NCBI GenBank assembly: GCA_009103225.1
Contig: RHPI01000797.1
Location: 743,064 to 807,063, forward strand
Source: Chlorokybus atmophyticus
Lineage: Eukaryota; Plantae; Mesostigma and Chlorokybus algae
Length of the DNA: 64,000 bases
Direction: 5' to 3'
Under the pieces are notes generated by a model. That model saw only the letters and a program-made list of their open reading frames with translations. It searched no databases and was not told where the DNA came from. The position numbers were made by a program, and so were the translations under genes. This document shows positions 45,790 through 61,289 of the stretch, piece by piece; positions within the stretch are counted from its first letter, which is position 1; each line of letters begins with the position of its first letter.

Positions 45790-45892
45790 AACAATGGGTA
45801 GTTACTGGCACACGGTGTGCGCGCTGCAGCGGGCGCAGGGGATCTCCATCTTAGAGCGCGGGGCGGCGGCGGTGGCAGCAGTCCCGGGGTAG
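45790..45892 (+). mobile_element. Short CRE-like 3' fragment
   Basis: YWHTVCALQRAQGISILERGAAAVAAVPG-stop; homologous to 4066-4135. Confidence 0.55.
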
Positions 45893-46579
45893 GGCCTAAT
45901 GTAATCGACTGCACCGACCATGCAAACTGACACATCGTTGGCGGCCGCAGGCGCTTAGTGTTGCCTGTGCAGTCGTGTGGATGAGCATGGTTGGCATTAT
46001 ACATTGACTCTTGCCATATTCTCATGTAATTGGACCGTTGTTGTTTATGGTGCTGATGATCCCTACCGTACTTATCCTAGCAGACTCCCCCCGCCTCCCT
46101 TGCCCGAATATAGTCTCCGCAAATCAAGCCGTGATTAGGGGATTGTATACTGAAACAACTTACCGTAGTGTTCCAAATCTTCTTAAAAGAGGCCTCCAAA
46201 ATATGAGCTTGGTTTTTGTTAAAACCATGTTCAGTGCTTAGTCACTGAATGCACAAGTTTGCCCGCCAGAAAGTTACTTAAATATTCGTAAAAAAGCCGC
46301 GCGGAGATAGTTTTTCCTCAAACATTTCATAAAATTTCGGTATTATATGGAAGGATTGTGTAAAAAGTGGGACACCTATGGGGTAAACGACATTTATGTC
46401 ACTACACAATCAAACTGCATGCGCCGTCCAGCTCACAAGCAGGGGGCCGCAGTTCAGCACTTGCTTCTCTGCACTTATTTTTTAACATTGACAATTATCT
46501 ACAATAATAAATTTTCAGCAAGTAATTTGCGTGTGTTGTAGAGTAATATTGTTTTAACTTTATTTGTCGACAACAACGT

Positions 46580-46651
46580 GTACCTGTAGTATAGTGGTAA
46601 GTATCTCCGCCTGTCACGCGGAAGACCCGGGTTCAATTCCCGGCAGGTGCG
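46580..46651 (+). tRNA. trnD-GUC: tRNA-Asp(GTC), copy 2, identical to copy 1
   Basis: Same 72 nt sequence; CAACAAC upstream and T5 terminator downstream. Confidence 0.97.
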
Positions 46652-48086
46652 TGCACGCACGGAACCTTTTTGGCCCCAGCTTGCTCATGGGCCATGGCCG
46701 AACACGTACACCCCGGCGATGACTTGCGCGCACAGGCAGGCAGCGGCGGCGGTCAGCGCTTGCTTACACATAGGCTGGTACCAACCTGCCACGCTCGCTA
46801 CTCCCACCGCAATACCCAGCTCAGCAAGCACAATTCTTGTTGCAGTGGGTCTGACGTTGCGTTCGCTGTGAGAGGTGCACGAGAAAGCTGCGCATGCCCT
46901 TGCCGCAAGCCTTTGGGCCTCGCCTCAAAGTCTCCCCCCCTGCTCAGCCGAATCGCCTCAGTATCGTTCGTCTTCTGCATGCCAGCAAGAGAAGCTTACA
47001 CGAGGTAAGTAGGCTACCTTGAAATGAGCAACCACTGGTAACATTGTTTCTTCACAGCTGCCTATGATCTTGTTGCTACCACCCAAGCTTGAAAGAAAAA
47101 TATAGACAAGATGTTGTTAGCTTGCCGGTGATATATATATATACCCTTGCATGTGTCGTTATTGAGAGGATGAGCTGAGTCAGGTGCGCGTGGAAGTTCA
47201 ACGGCACAACACTGATTGCTAGCACTTTTGTCAGTCTCAGGGCTTGCTGTAAACATGAAAGTGTGCAATAACCCGCATATCGTTGCTCGCGATTGCCCTG
47301 TGAGCTGCTGCATGCATTGCTGCTGCATTGGCGTAGCACACACGCAGCTGCATAGCTGTCACTTGCACACATGTAGTTCTGCCGCCCAACTGTACAGCTG
47401 CATCAAAACAGCCGCACCGCTGCGCAGCTATACTACCTGTGTAGCTGCATGTGCAGTGTGCGGCCGCATACTGCACATGCAGCTACAGATAGCTGGACAG
47501 CTCAGCGGCTGCACACAGCTGCGCATTGCGCATGGCAACTGAGCGATTGCACTGGCCCAGCCTGGCAGGCGCACTTCACGGCAACAATATGACACCACAG
47601 CTGTAGACAGGTACACAGCATAGTGGTGTGCGCGCAACCAATGATTGCAAGCTGCGGCTGCACAGCTGTACACACTACAGAGCTGAACAACTGTGGTCTT
47701 CAGCTCCGCTGCACAGTGCATGGCGAGCTTCTCCTGGCACAGCTGCACACAAGGTACGCAACATGTGGTGTGCATGCACGCTGCTGCACTACCACCGGTG
47801 GCAAGCTCAAGCGGTCGTGCCAATATGCTCAGTAGCGTGTACTATGCCCAGCTGAACTCGCACACCTGAGCAGCTGCACTGGCATAGTTGGCAAAGCTGA
47901 GCAGGAGCAGCCAGCAGCACTAGCACTAGCGCCACCAGCACCACCTCGGCCGCTGTGCCGGGTGGGACCAGGTTTATGATGCCATCAGCAGCAGAGCTTG
48001 TAATACAGCAGAGTCTGCTTGCTGTTGCGGCTTCTCCTGCCTCCTGCTACTCGCCCTGCTTGCGCTGCCACCTGATTGAACCAGCA

Positions 48087-49489
48087 ATGTCAGTGACAAC
48101 ACGAAGGCCAACAACTGCAGCTGCAGCAGTAAGAACGACAACGACAATGTCGCCAACACTCAGTCAAAGGCGACGGGTATGCGTGCGTGGCAGAGCAGCA
48201 GTAAGCTTAGCGACAGGGACAAACAAGTCTGCTGCGGAGAGTGAAAGCAAGGTGGCACCTGCTGCGGTGGATGTTGTTGATGTTGTTGTCGTCTAGTGTC
48301 GAGTATTGATGGTGAAGGCGTTGTTGGGACAGACTGAAGAGGTGGAGCGGGCGTTGAGACAGGAGGCGCTACTCAACCCGACAAGTTTCGACGCGTTGCT
48401 ACGGGTGAGAGAGCCCAATTCAAAAGCACGTGTGTTTGTGTCGCATGCCAGTATGAGAGCTGCATGTTTTTGCTCTCAACTCATGTTGCGTGCCCCAGCT
48501 GACGTTGACGCCTGATGCAGCATGTTGGCTCCGTCTTATGTGCATGACTTCTCTTGTGTATGTGCGCATGCAGACATGCTGATGGTTGTACGCGTATGTG
48601 TGCGCATGCTTGTGTGTGTCAGCGTGGATGTGCATGTGGACACACTTGTGTGCGTTCGTGCGTGTACTCACCTGCATGCACGCATGCAGGTACGCGTATA
48701 CATGTACATGCGTGTGTGCATGCGACCAAGTAATGTAGGATGCATGCTTTTGTGTTTCAGGCAGGCGTGTGGTGCACGATGCACGCGCCGAGGGGCCAGC
48801 TGTACGGTCGTGCTGGGAGGCGATGCGCGCTTGAAGACGCCGAGCGCTTCCTCGCGCGTGCAATAGCGGCACGTGTTATGTTATGCTGTTTCCAATAGCG
48901 CACACCCACAGTGTTATTTACAACGCTGCATTGCTCTCACATGTGGTCCTCACTTTGCTGTGCGGGATACAACAGGTGGACAACAGCAAGACTGTTGCTT
49001 ATGCCGCTCTGGCAATCAACCTGTTTAACCAGGTGCAACATATGCTGTTGTTGTTGTTGTTGCTGCTGCTGTTGCAGTTGCTGTTGTGATTGTGGTGGTT
49101 GTGGTGGTTGTTGTTGTGGTGGTCCAGCAATGTGCATGGTATCGACACACTTGTAGGGTAGAGGGAGGGAGCTGGAGGGAGCGGCGGTCATCAACGACAT
49201 GATGAACACGATTCACGCTGAACCGTGCTCAGCCTTGAAAATGCCTGAAGCTGAGCGACAACTCATCACACAAGCCCTTCAGGTGCGAAACTATGTTGCC
49301 CACATGTCTGTTGTGGTTGCGAAAGTCAGGATGAGTGCTTTTGCAAACATTCATGCATGCGTGCGTGTGCGTGGATGTGTGTCTGTTCCTGCTCAGATGT
49401 GTAAAGGCGTTTTGGACGAGGCCGGCTTGCCTGTTGATAATAGCGATTCTCGTACGCGTGTGGAAAGCAGCAGCCTTGAGTGGGGTTGA
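48087..49489 (+). CDS. Unknown multi-exon protein with Ser/Thr/Arg/Ala-rich (transit-peptide-like) N-terminus and TPR-like helices
   Basis: Exons give EEVERALRQEALLNPTSFDALLR, EDAERFLARAIA, AYAALAINLFNQ; ends SSSLEWG-TGA. The model needs a 45 nt intron at 48252-48296. Confidence 0.45.
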
Positions 49490-50339
49490 ATGGAAGCTAG
49501 AGACATACCACATAAGGTCACAAGGGCATGCTGATGCAATGCTGTGAGCATGACAACGCACAAGCACATCGACCGCCTCATCTCTGTACTACTACCCGTT
49601 ACCAATTGTGTTGGGTCACACACATAGTCAATCAGCCTCATTCACAGTGAAGCATCTCACTCCACACATCCCAGCATCCTATATTGTACAACCACAGCCA
49701 TAGCCAACCTCATAAACCTGACAAAACCCAACCCATGACTACACTTGCCAGAAACAAACGTACATTCAAGGCAGCAGTTGTATGCTTAGGAAACTCGCTG
49801 GAGCAACGAGAATTCCAACTTTCGAACAGCAAAGTCAACTCGTGCCAGCTCAAATGACGGAGAGACACACACTGCGAATCGTATGCTGTATACAAGTATG
49901 TCGACGTTGACATTGTTTTCTCTGGCTTGTATTATGCTCTCTTGGCACGAAGACCTTGCCCGCGACCATTGTATGCGCAGCAGTGGAACCTAGAGAACAT
50001 ACTCGCAGCACACTTGCAAAACCTGTCCCGAACCCACAACCAACCCTTCCGTCGTCGGTATGGTTGACGAGCTTACCATCCATATTGGGCTGGATTCAAT
50101 TTTACAATACAGTCTTTGCCTAATCAACAACTGCTGCGGTGGCGGCTGCCATGCAATGCCCCAAACCTTGATTGCCCTTATGCATGCATGCATCACCACC
50201 TTGAGACACATAGCAAAGGTCATCCTCACAATCATTGCTGTAAACCACCCCTCAACACCCCGCCCCCTTGTCACCCCAGCCAGAACCACACCCACCACAA
50301 CCTAACGACATCCATCCACCCCACCACCTCCCTCCTCCA

Positions 50340-53300
50340 TCACGTTGCCCGCCCAATATCCTGCCTTAGCTCCATGAAGTCCTGCTGCGACGAAGACGCT
50401 GGCAACTTGACGGGCGATACGCGTCCGAAGGAAAGGATCGTGTTGTTGTTGTCCCCTCCGCTGCTGGTCGGGCGAGGCAAAGGGGAGGTCTCTCTGCTGC
50501 TGAGGGGAAGGGGGGCGGGTGGTCGGGACGCGGACGAGGGGCGCTCGGGGGTGGTCGACGATGTGTCGCGAAGGGGCCAAGTGGGCAACCAACTCTGCGT
50601 GCAACAATGACAAGTGTCAAAGTTGATGCTCTGCATATGCTGTGCAGATGACACGTCTATGGCATATTTCGCCGTGTGTGGCGAATGCAGCTTGTGTCTG
50701 TTGGTGACTCAACATACAGTTGGCTAAAACACACAGCGTACAGCATATTTGACTCCCTTGTGCTAATCTCTGAGTACACACGCAAATACGTAAGATACCA
50801 TACAAATGGTCGCCTTTGGCCAGATGCATTTGAGGTGCAAACACGATACATGTGGTGATCAATGCATGCTGAATGCATAGACCATGAATGTGAGCAACAA
50901 GAAGCTGACGCACGTACCGTGAGAGACCGTCGCAGGCTGTGGTTGACGGGCTCGCCTTCGCTCTCACTACGCTGCGAACGAGTGAACATCACAGGACTGA
51001 ACTCGCAAGGAGGAGTCGCCAACACGTCAGCTCCATTGCCCCCACGCGGTTGCCAGCTACCACTGATGCCTACGCTACTTTCCATATCTTTGTTATTATT
51101 GTTGTTGTTGTTGTTTCTGCCAAAATGCAGCCAGCTCATGGCACGGGCAATGCGCGAGGACGGGGAGAGGTCCCCTCCGGGGCTCAGCGGTGTGACGGGC
51201 GAGCCGACCGACGAGTTGGACGTGCTGTACATGGCTATCCGCGCCTCGAGCTCCTCAATCTTGTTGCAGCAGTCATTCAATCGCTCCTGATTGATGGTCG
51301 GATTAAAAAGCATACGCAAAGTCAACATCGACATGGCTGCAGCGTGCATGCACGCATACGCATGCGCACATGCTCGCACACATGACAACGAACAGAACAC
51401 GCATGCACACTCAGATGCGTGCACTCACGCACACGCTCTCGCACAAACCTGCAGCATGCCATTGAGGGCTTTCTGCGCTTGAGCCTCGTCGCGAGCCTCT
51501 TCAGCACGTCTGAGAGTGTTCTCCAGCCGCGCAGTCAGCTCGTGATTCAGCTGCTCCTTGTCCATGAGCGACGACCGAAGCACAGCCACCTGCTTACACA
51601 CACGTCATGCTTACACGACATAAGAGCTGTTGTCACGTGATGCAAGCCACAAACAACTTCTCCTACTTACTTGTGACTCCATGTCATGCAACCGGTTCTT
51701 CGAGTGCGCAAGCTCCATTTCCAGTGCCTCGGCGCGCATACGCAGCTGCGTTTCCACAACTGCAGATGATAGGACATGCGCAAGGTTGCATTGGGCACGC
51801 CGTGTGTGGTATTGACTGGCTATGCACGTGTGTGAGAAGCTCACTCGCCTGTTGCGCCCGCAACAGCACCCAGACTGCTGCCCCTGTAGTGGCGCGGGGA
51901 GCGAAGGGGAGTCCTTGACTTCACTGCTTGAAGCACCTTGTGTAACACCCACAAGCACACACACGCACACACACACACACACGCGCGCGCACACACACAC
52001 GCACATATGCACGCTGTTGGTAATCTCCATGCCACAAAATTCTGCACATGTGCTGTTGAGAACCACATGTCCTGCGTGAATGTTGATGTTGATGAGCATG
52101 CGACATGACAACGTCGTCTGGCTGTACCTGAGGGCGGTGGATGGCGCGAAGCTCGTCGATTCTCGTGGTCGTGAGGCCATTGAAGTCTGTGCACGCAATC
52201 TGCATCAGCTGCGTGCTGTCAAATGCGCCGGCAGCCATTGATTGAATCCGCTCGATTGTGTCAGCAAAGTCGCGCGCAGTCAGAAGCGCATCCGCTGCAG
52301 CCACAAGAACTTCCACAAGTGAACAACCTCACGGTGGAAGCAGCGCTTGTGCACACACGTACGCCAACACGCACCCGAGCACACAGACGTGCGCACATGC
52401 ACACACCCACAAGCCCACCCCCGGCCCCACCCCACCCTCACACGCACACGTATCCACATGCACACACGCGCACCTTGCGATTGGATAAGTGCAAGGATGA
52501 CCTTAAAAAACGTTGCCCTTCCGCTTTTCTGGAAGAGTACTTCGTCCCACACGCGTAGCGTCGTCTCCCACGGCAGCGCGCCGACGAACGCCGTCAGGAA
52601 CCAGCCGCCGGTCACGTGCGCCACGTTCACGCCGAGCGCCTCAAAACGGGCGGCGAGCGAGGGCAAGTAATCGTACAGAAGGGAAGAAAGGACCAGGTTG
52701 TCTACCTGTGTGTCATACAAGAATGGTTGCAAGCCTGTATGCCAGCAACACATGTGCTGCCAATGCTGTACAACTGTATTTGTATATGCATACGGTGGCG
52801 TACGTAGCATGGTACTGTGCCTGCAGCGTAAGTGTAAACATGTGCGCGCGCATGTGTGTGAGTGAGTGCATGTGCATATGCATATGTGGGGTGAGTATGC
52901 GTGTGGGGGTGCGCGCGTGCATGTGCATATGTGCGCATGACACATTGCGTTTTCAATATTCATGTATATTGTAAACATACATGCATGCCTGCGCTTGGGC
53001 AGCCAAGCGGAAAGATCCGCCTACTTGCCTGTGTCTCAACCATGTCGGGAAGGAAGTACCCGGACAGGTACTCATCTACTAGGGCATCCAACATCCAAAA
53101 CGCCTCCTCTTCATTGAATAACAACAGCAATGCTGCCGCCAAAAAATTCATTCCCTGACACAGCCACAATCTCAATCTTCTAGTCCAGATCTACGGAGTG
53201 CCACAGCGCCTACCTGACAGTAGCCTGTGTCCTGATTGTGCCTCGCATAAGCCATAAGCACCCTTCGAAGCGCGTCTCTGCCGCCTTCAAGCGCAGGATG

Positions 53301-54891
53301 CCCAACAAAGGTGCGCGGCAAGTCCTGAATGTACACAAATACGTGCGCTTGTGTGCAAGTCATTGCGTCATAACCATCACATACGCATATGTGACGAGAT
53401 GGGCCACATCTTGTGTGTTACCTTTGCTATCTGCGAGTCCCAGCGTGACTTGGTAAAACTGTCACCTAAACCAGTGCGCTGTTCAAAACTGGCCAGCAGC
53501 AGCTGGTAATGCCCCGGAACGCGCCTCAACTGAACCCCGGCGAACACTTGCCACACCTGAGGAACTACACTTAGACAAGAACTGTACGTGAGCAAGATTC
53601 TACGTTTGTTCCCAGCGGAATCAGGTAGACGACATACACGCACACCTAATTGCACGCACCTCAGCTCTTAGCGCCATGGGCACGCCTCCCGCAACCAGGC
53701 GCTCCAACTGGCTGGCCCATGGCACGGCCTGTGCGCTCAAAGTAGAAGCATCTTCTATCTGCGCGTTGCGCTTGAAGCGCACAGCTGTTTCCACTGCCGT
53801 GAGCGGCGGTCGGGTAGGTCCATGTTGAGTGTAACGATGGTGTTGAGACTCCCTTGCATTCGCAAATTTGCTCGACTGTGAGCGGGAAAGCATAGCTGTT
53901 GCTTGATTGCTGAGCATGTGCTGAATGTCGTACTCGCCATCGGGCATGCCAACGATGGACTCGGATATCGACCGCACGGCAGCGTATTGCCATAGAAAGG
54001 TGCTCCATCTTTCTGCGCGCGTGGCCTCCTCTTCCTGACAAACAACATCAACCAAGCATGAGCATAGCACGATCAAGTACTTTGTCACAGTGCATGCGCG
54101 CGCAGGTGTGTGCGCGCGTGTGCTTGTTAACTTATGGACTTTTGTGCGATGCTTGCAACGCACCGCGTAGACCGGTGCGAGGCGTTTGTACTCGTCCGCA
54201 AACTCCGCGCGAACCTCAAAGCCGTAAGCGTCACGGACAACACTTCACAAACAAGTTAGGCATGCTCGCATTACCATTGTTTATTTTACAGTTTTACACA
54301 TATGAGTTGCGCTCTGCTCAATTCGCATAATGCCAATGCAACATGTCATTGCACCAATCTGTCCTCAATAGGCATGTGTGCGTGGCACTCATCAGATCAG
54401 CTGCAGCTGATCAGGAGTGTTGCACTTTGCAACTCCTATTTCCAGCATACTGCAAACCAAAACTGAAATGTGCGCAGGGCAGTGAGCGCTATAACACCTC
54501 AGTGGGTCAGGAGGAACTTCACGGACTGGCTTGGGCGTCGGCAAGGTGAGCCCCGACGGCCGACGCCTAGCACGCATTCTCTTCTCTCCTCATAACAGTT
54601 TACGCGAAGTTCAACGAGATGACAGTAACCTAGCTTGCACATGCAGAGCTGCAGCCCCTAGCGCAGCATTAGCAGCTGCAGGCGCAGCATGCGTCTGGCC
54701 TGGTAACCTTATCCTCAGCTGCGCCATTGTGCACAGCCAGCTAATCATCCGAAACTCAAGCTCCTCTCGCCCCTCAAGCTCAGATAGCATGCACGTCACG
54801 ACCCCGTGCTACCACTACTGCACCTGCTAACGCACCACGGCCCCCACCGCTGCCGCCGTCGTCGCCGGATCGCTCTTGTTTGGCGGGGCAT
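50340..54891 (-). CDS. TBC (Tre-2/Bub2/Cdc16) domain Rab GTPase-activating protein with C-terminal coiled coil; start codon uncertain
   Basis: RDAYGF N-terminal motif; GGVPMALRAEVW; DLPRTF (Arg finger); GYCQGMNF (Gln finger); WFLTAF...TLRVWD; coiled-coil exons; last exon ends RQDIGRAT-TGA. Confidence 0.9.
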
Positions 54892-55563
54892 CTCTCTCTC
54901 CACACTCCGCTGCCCCGCCCGCGGTTGCAGGGAAGTTCCGTTGTTCGAGCGGAAGCTACGCGCGTGCACACGCTCGAGTCGTGTGACACGCCAGGAATGA
55001 TGATGATACACGGTTTGCTCCGAGGTTGATGATCGATGCATTTGTTACTCAACTACATGCCATGTCGCTTCGATCATGCAAACTAACAGCCTGCACGAGA
55101 TTGGAATTATGACGATTTGACACAAGCACTGCAAAACTACAAGAGCGAGAAATCCCCCCCCACCCCCCACCCCCCACCCCGGCCCCCGCCCCCCGCGCGA
55201 TTTGAGGCTAGAGCACCTTCTATTTGATGCACACCATCACAAGCACGCGCTGGAGGTTATAGGTTTGCTTTCAAGCGTTAGCTTACTAAGCACAGATGTG
55301 CATATACGCAATGATCTACTACAATTGCGGTCACATCAACATGCGCACACGCTCCTGCTCATCTTTGTGCTACCTCCTCCCCTTTCCTCCACATTGCTTT
55401 GCTTGTAGTAAGCACAATATGCTTGTTGTCGTGCACTGCTGTTAGAACCACGGCATAGCCGACCCTTGCAACAGGTGGCAGCAACGTTTTCTGTTGTTTT
55501 GGCCAACCTGCAGTACATGGCAACAACTAGCCACTACAAGCGCATCCGCACCAACAACAGACA

Positions 55564-58500
55564 TCACTCGTCCAAGCGTGCTTCCGCTTGGCCCGCGCCA
55601 CCAAACAGCCTTGAGAACAGCTGGCTTGTCATGGAGGACAGCTCGATGGGCTGAGGCGCCATGAAGCTCACAAGCGGGTCCTGCAAATTGTACCTGACAG
55701 CACTCTTAAGTCAGCAGAAGTGCTCTTTTTGCAACCACACATACACAATGAAGCCAGCAGGTGGTACCTTATTTTCCGGCCCTTTGAAGCCCGTCGATCC
55801 ACTACTTTGCGCGTCCTGTTCCTGGCCTTCAATGTGAAAACTGCAATACAACGCACCCTCAGCATGAAGCAAGCCCAGTCCACAGATCCACCCTTGAAAA
55901 CATAAAGGGCCTGAATACAAGCCCTCCTGGCACAGGATACATTTACAGGAAGTGCGTACCTCCGTCTGCGGCCGTTGGTGCATTGGTCTCCAGAAACTCC
56001 TTGAGCAACGCTTGATAAAACTCCGTGTCATCATAGGTCTCCTCCAGTACATCATCGTCCGGTGATGGCGTTGTAGTTTCAACGCCTTCACCCTGCACAT
56101 TGCACAGCAATCACATGTAGGCAAATGCCAGACAAGGTGCTTGCAACTGTCAACAACATGCACAAGATCCTTCCAGGTAATGACTAACATGCTATGGGAT
56201 CCGTCTACTGACAAACAAAAAGTACCCACTAGTTCCTGCATCGGGACTGACTAAAGGTATATAACGACGACCCCCAGACTGATCTATGCTGCCCATTTTG
56301 CTTATTCTGCTCCCTCAGTATCAAGACAAACCTGGCCAAAGACGCGAACTTGAGACCGCCGGCAGCGAGCGCGCTTGACCACACGCTCGGGGTCCGCCAT
56401 AATGGTGGCGACCTGAGAGGAGATGCTCTGTCCACAGCCAGATGTTAGCTATCAGCCCGCACTGACAATGTAATACAGCAGGAGAGTGCGATAATCAACC
56501 TGATTGATTGCGCGCAGCTGACCCTTTGCAACCGACGCGCCCGCCGCAAGCGAAGTCTTGCGATGCCACCGATCCAACGCATCGACCTGGAACGGCTCAA
56601 CCCTGACAGAAAATGTGACACAACGTGTGAGCACCGAGGCATGCATGTGGGGTATTGTGGCAACAGCACCACAGATAAGCATGTCTACCTCGTCATTTGT
56701 TGTTGTATGCGTTGCCAGCAACCGTCAACGCCACTCTCTTGCTGTGACACCTCAACTGCACAAGGCAACCCCTGATGTGATACAGAAAGAGAGGTGTACC
56801 GCGCCATTGGCCCACGTTAGCGGCAGCAATAAATGGTACCTGCCGGAGGAATGGAGCCAACTGCGCTGTTTTGATCTGCCAGAGCCTGAAAACAGCATAT
56901 TGGCGTACAGCTTAGCTTGACATTGTGTATTGATGTGGTTGGACCACCACAATCAATGTAAAACAGCACACTCAACAATCCAAATTCAAAGCAATGCAGC
57001 CTGCACAGCTGAGCTGACCTTGTGGACTTCCAGCAGTGTGTCCACGGTGCGTGCAGCTGTTGAGGCCACATCTTTGATAGCGCGAGCTACCTCCGATGCG
57101 CTGCAATATTGTCTTCGCACATGTGGCTGCCAACACACAACTGAGTGTGTCAACACTATTGAGGAGCATATATTTGTGTGTGATCATGTTTTTTGGCAAG
57201 GTACCTCTGGAAGCCGGTTCGCAGACGGCAGCAGCTTTTGCAGGGCAATGCGCCACTTCAAGCAGCGTTCCCATAGTTCCTACACAATAACAAGTGTGGG
57301 TCAAGTGCCAAGCATGCTGTACAGCTATTAAAGTTGCTTGCACGTAACTCAGCGCAGGGACTCGTGTTGAGCTTTTGGCCTACCTTTTGATGCTTCACAG
57401 CCAAACCTTTCTGTTTATCGTCTTCACCTTGCGCGCGAACCTTTGACAAAGTGAGTCTGCAGCATGCCTTTAGTCAGCAACCGACCAAGTTTCGTAGACA
57501 CAAAGGGCACATGCAAAACACTGTCAATACTGCGGCATACTCTTCTTCTGCGCGCAAACGCTGATACTCAATCTCCAACTCGGCATCTTCTTCAGCTCCC
57601 TACAAAATTATGAATGTCACAAGCCTGTTGCTCTGCCATATCACCTTAACGTACAATGTAGACACGCGCTATTGCTCTGCCATACCATGCTACTTAGTAA
57701 TGCAACCTGCATAACCTGGTTTGAATGGACAACAACAGGTACAACCAACAATGACGGACTTGGTTAAGTAATCACCTCTCTTTCGAAGTCAACATCGGTG
57801 CCACTTGGGCCAGCCTCCTCAGAAGAAGCTAAACGCCGCGCCATATCGTCATCACCTGCGTCTTCATCGTCCTCTTCCTCTTCGTCTTCCTCCTCACCGT
57901 CTTGGTCCTCGTCATAAGGACTCTCTTCCGCATCTTCAAAGGCCTGGCGGCTTCCTGTCCGTCCCGTGTATTCTCCGTCTTCAAGTGCGATGCCCGCGCG
58001 AAGGCGCAAACCAGAAGGCGCCTGCTGCTTGCTGCTGCAGGAGGGAAGCGCATGAAGCACAGAATGAGATGTTGTGCCCTTGTGCTTCAATTGCAACAAC
58101 TGAACGGATCATGGCGACTTACTGTCTTGCTACGTCAATGTCATCTTCGTCTTCTTCAACTTGCTCCTGGGCCCATGCAGCCTCGCCGTAGTCTTGGGCA
58201 TCAGGATCAAACTCTGTGTGCAAATGAGGAACGTCACTTCACAGCATGCAGTAGTTAACATGCGGAAGTCAACAACCTGGTTCTGGTTTGTACTTCAGCC
58301 GCAAGCAAGCTGTTATTGTGCTCAAGGGTTTACATTCCAACATGGTTGTCCCCCATGTGCAGCTGCCAAGAAACCTGGCGTACGTTCTAACAACACAAGA
58401 ATATAGCATGCATGAAGCTGCGCTGGAGTCGCGGTTGTGTGCAAGCATCAGCAGCAATGGCATGACAGAGTAAGTACTCAACATACCAGCAAAGTCACTC

Positions 58501-58670
58501 AACCCGCCCCCAGAATATGTGATGAACTACACACCAACAAGCTTTGTCCTACACAACAGCACCCACGTAAAGCTTCTGTGGCGAAGCATGGCACGCATAC
58601 CTTGCACAGGTGCGGGGTTAGCGAGCTCCGCCAAGTCCTCAGCAAGCGTGCGCCGCTTCAATGCAGGCAT
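55564..58670 (-). CDS. AATF: AATF/BFR2 (Che-1) small-subunit ribosome biogenesis factor
   Basis: MPALKRRTLAEDLAELANPAP..EFDP; acidic tract; DRWHRKT; YDDTEFYQALLKEFLE; KVVDRRASKGRKIRY; LVSFMAP; LFSRLFG (TRAUB domain). Confidence 0.9.
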
Positions 58671-59424
58671 GACGCCACGCGATTCTCCTCAATCGCTTCC
58701 ACCTCTACCTCCACCTCCACCTCCGCGTGCACTTTGTCCGCCACCACCGCCGCCGCCGCCGCCCTCGCCGTAGTTGTCCTGAGCTAGTGCCAGAGCCTGG
58801 TCATGCGAACCCGTTCCGTCCGCGATGTTACTGATCTGGGTCGGCGGGAAGCCCTGTCAGCAGCGGTTTACGGTGGGCCGCCGCGTACAGGAAAGGTCTT
58901 GAGGAAACGGTTGTACCAGACGGAGATCGGAGAGCGAAAAGGGTCAAAGTCAAGGACGACCGTAACCGCCGTTGTTGGTCGCAGCGCGCAACTCCGGCTA
59001 ACAGCCATGCGCTGTCGGCGGCTTGCTGCTCGATCCGCGGGCAGCTTTGCAGTTCGAACTCCGCATTCCTCCGTCAGAGGCAAACCGCGCGACTGACCGG
59101 CACGCGGTCAAATGCTGTCAAAAAAGTCAGACCACATCAGACGTGTCTCAAGCCAAATATCAACTGAACTGTTGATATCATTGTTGTTACCAAGGTAGTA
59201 TGATGGATATTCGGCTTGACCATGATATAGACCGTTTTGATTTTGCCGCGCATTTTGAGCTGAGTTTAGAGCAAAAGCTCTAACCCTATGCGGGTATTGT
59301 AAGCAGAAAGCGATAGCAGCAAGCTTAGCGGCGGCTGCGGCAGGTGCGGCGAGGAGGTTGTTGTCGTCGGCGGGCGGGCTATCGGTTCGGCTGTTGGCTC
59401 GGGTGGGGACAGGGGCCAGTCAAG

Positions 59425-61289
<1,865 letters not shown>

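Noticed and set aside
40945-46655. Integrated prophage or ICE at tRNA-Asp
   Set aside because: No integrase, capsid or other phage-like ORF, and both tRNAs are complete with their own terminators; kept only as a tRNA-flanked repeat island.
48294-48296. Alternative genetic code (TAG = Gln, as in some ulvophytes)
   Set aside because: TMEM256 ends in TAG, GPX and the tubulins end in TAA, and Gln is encoded by CAA/CAG in conserved positions; a short intron explains the stop.
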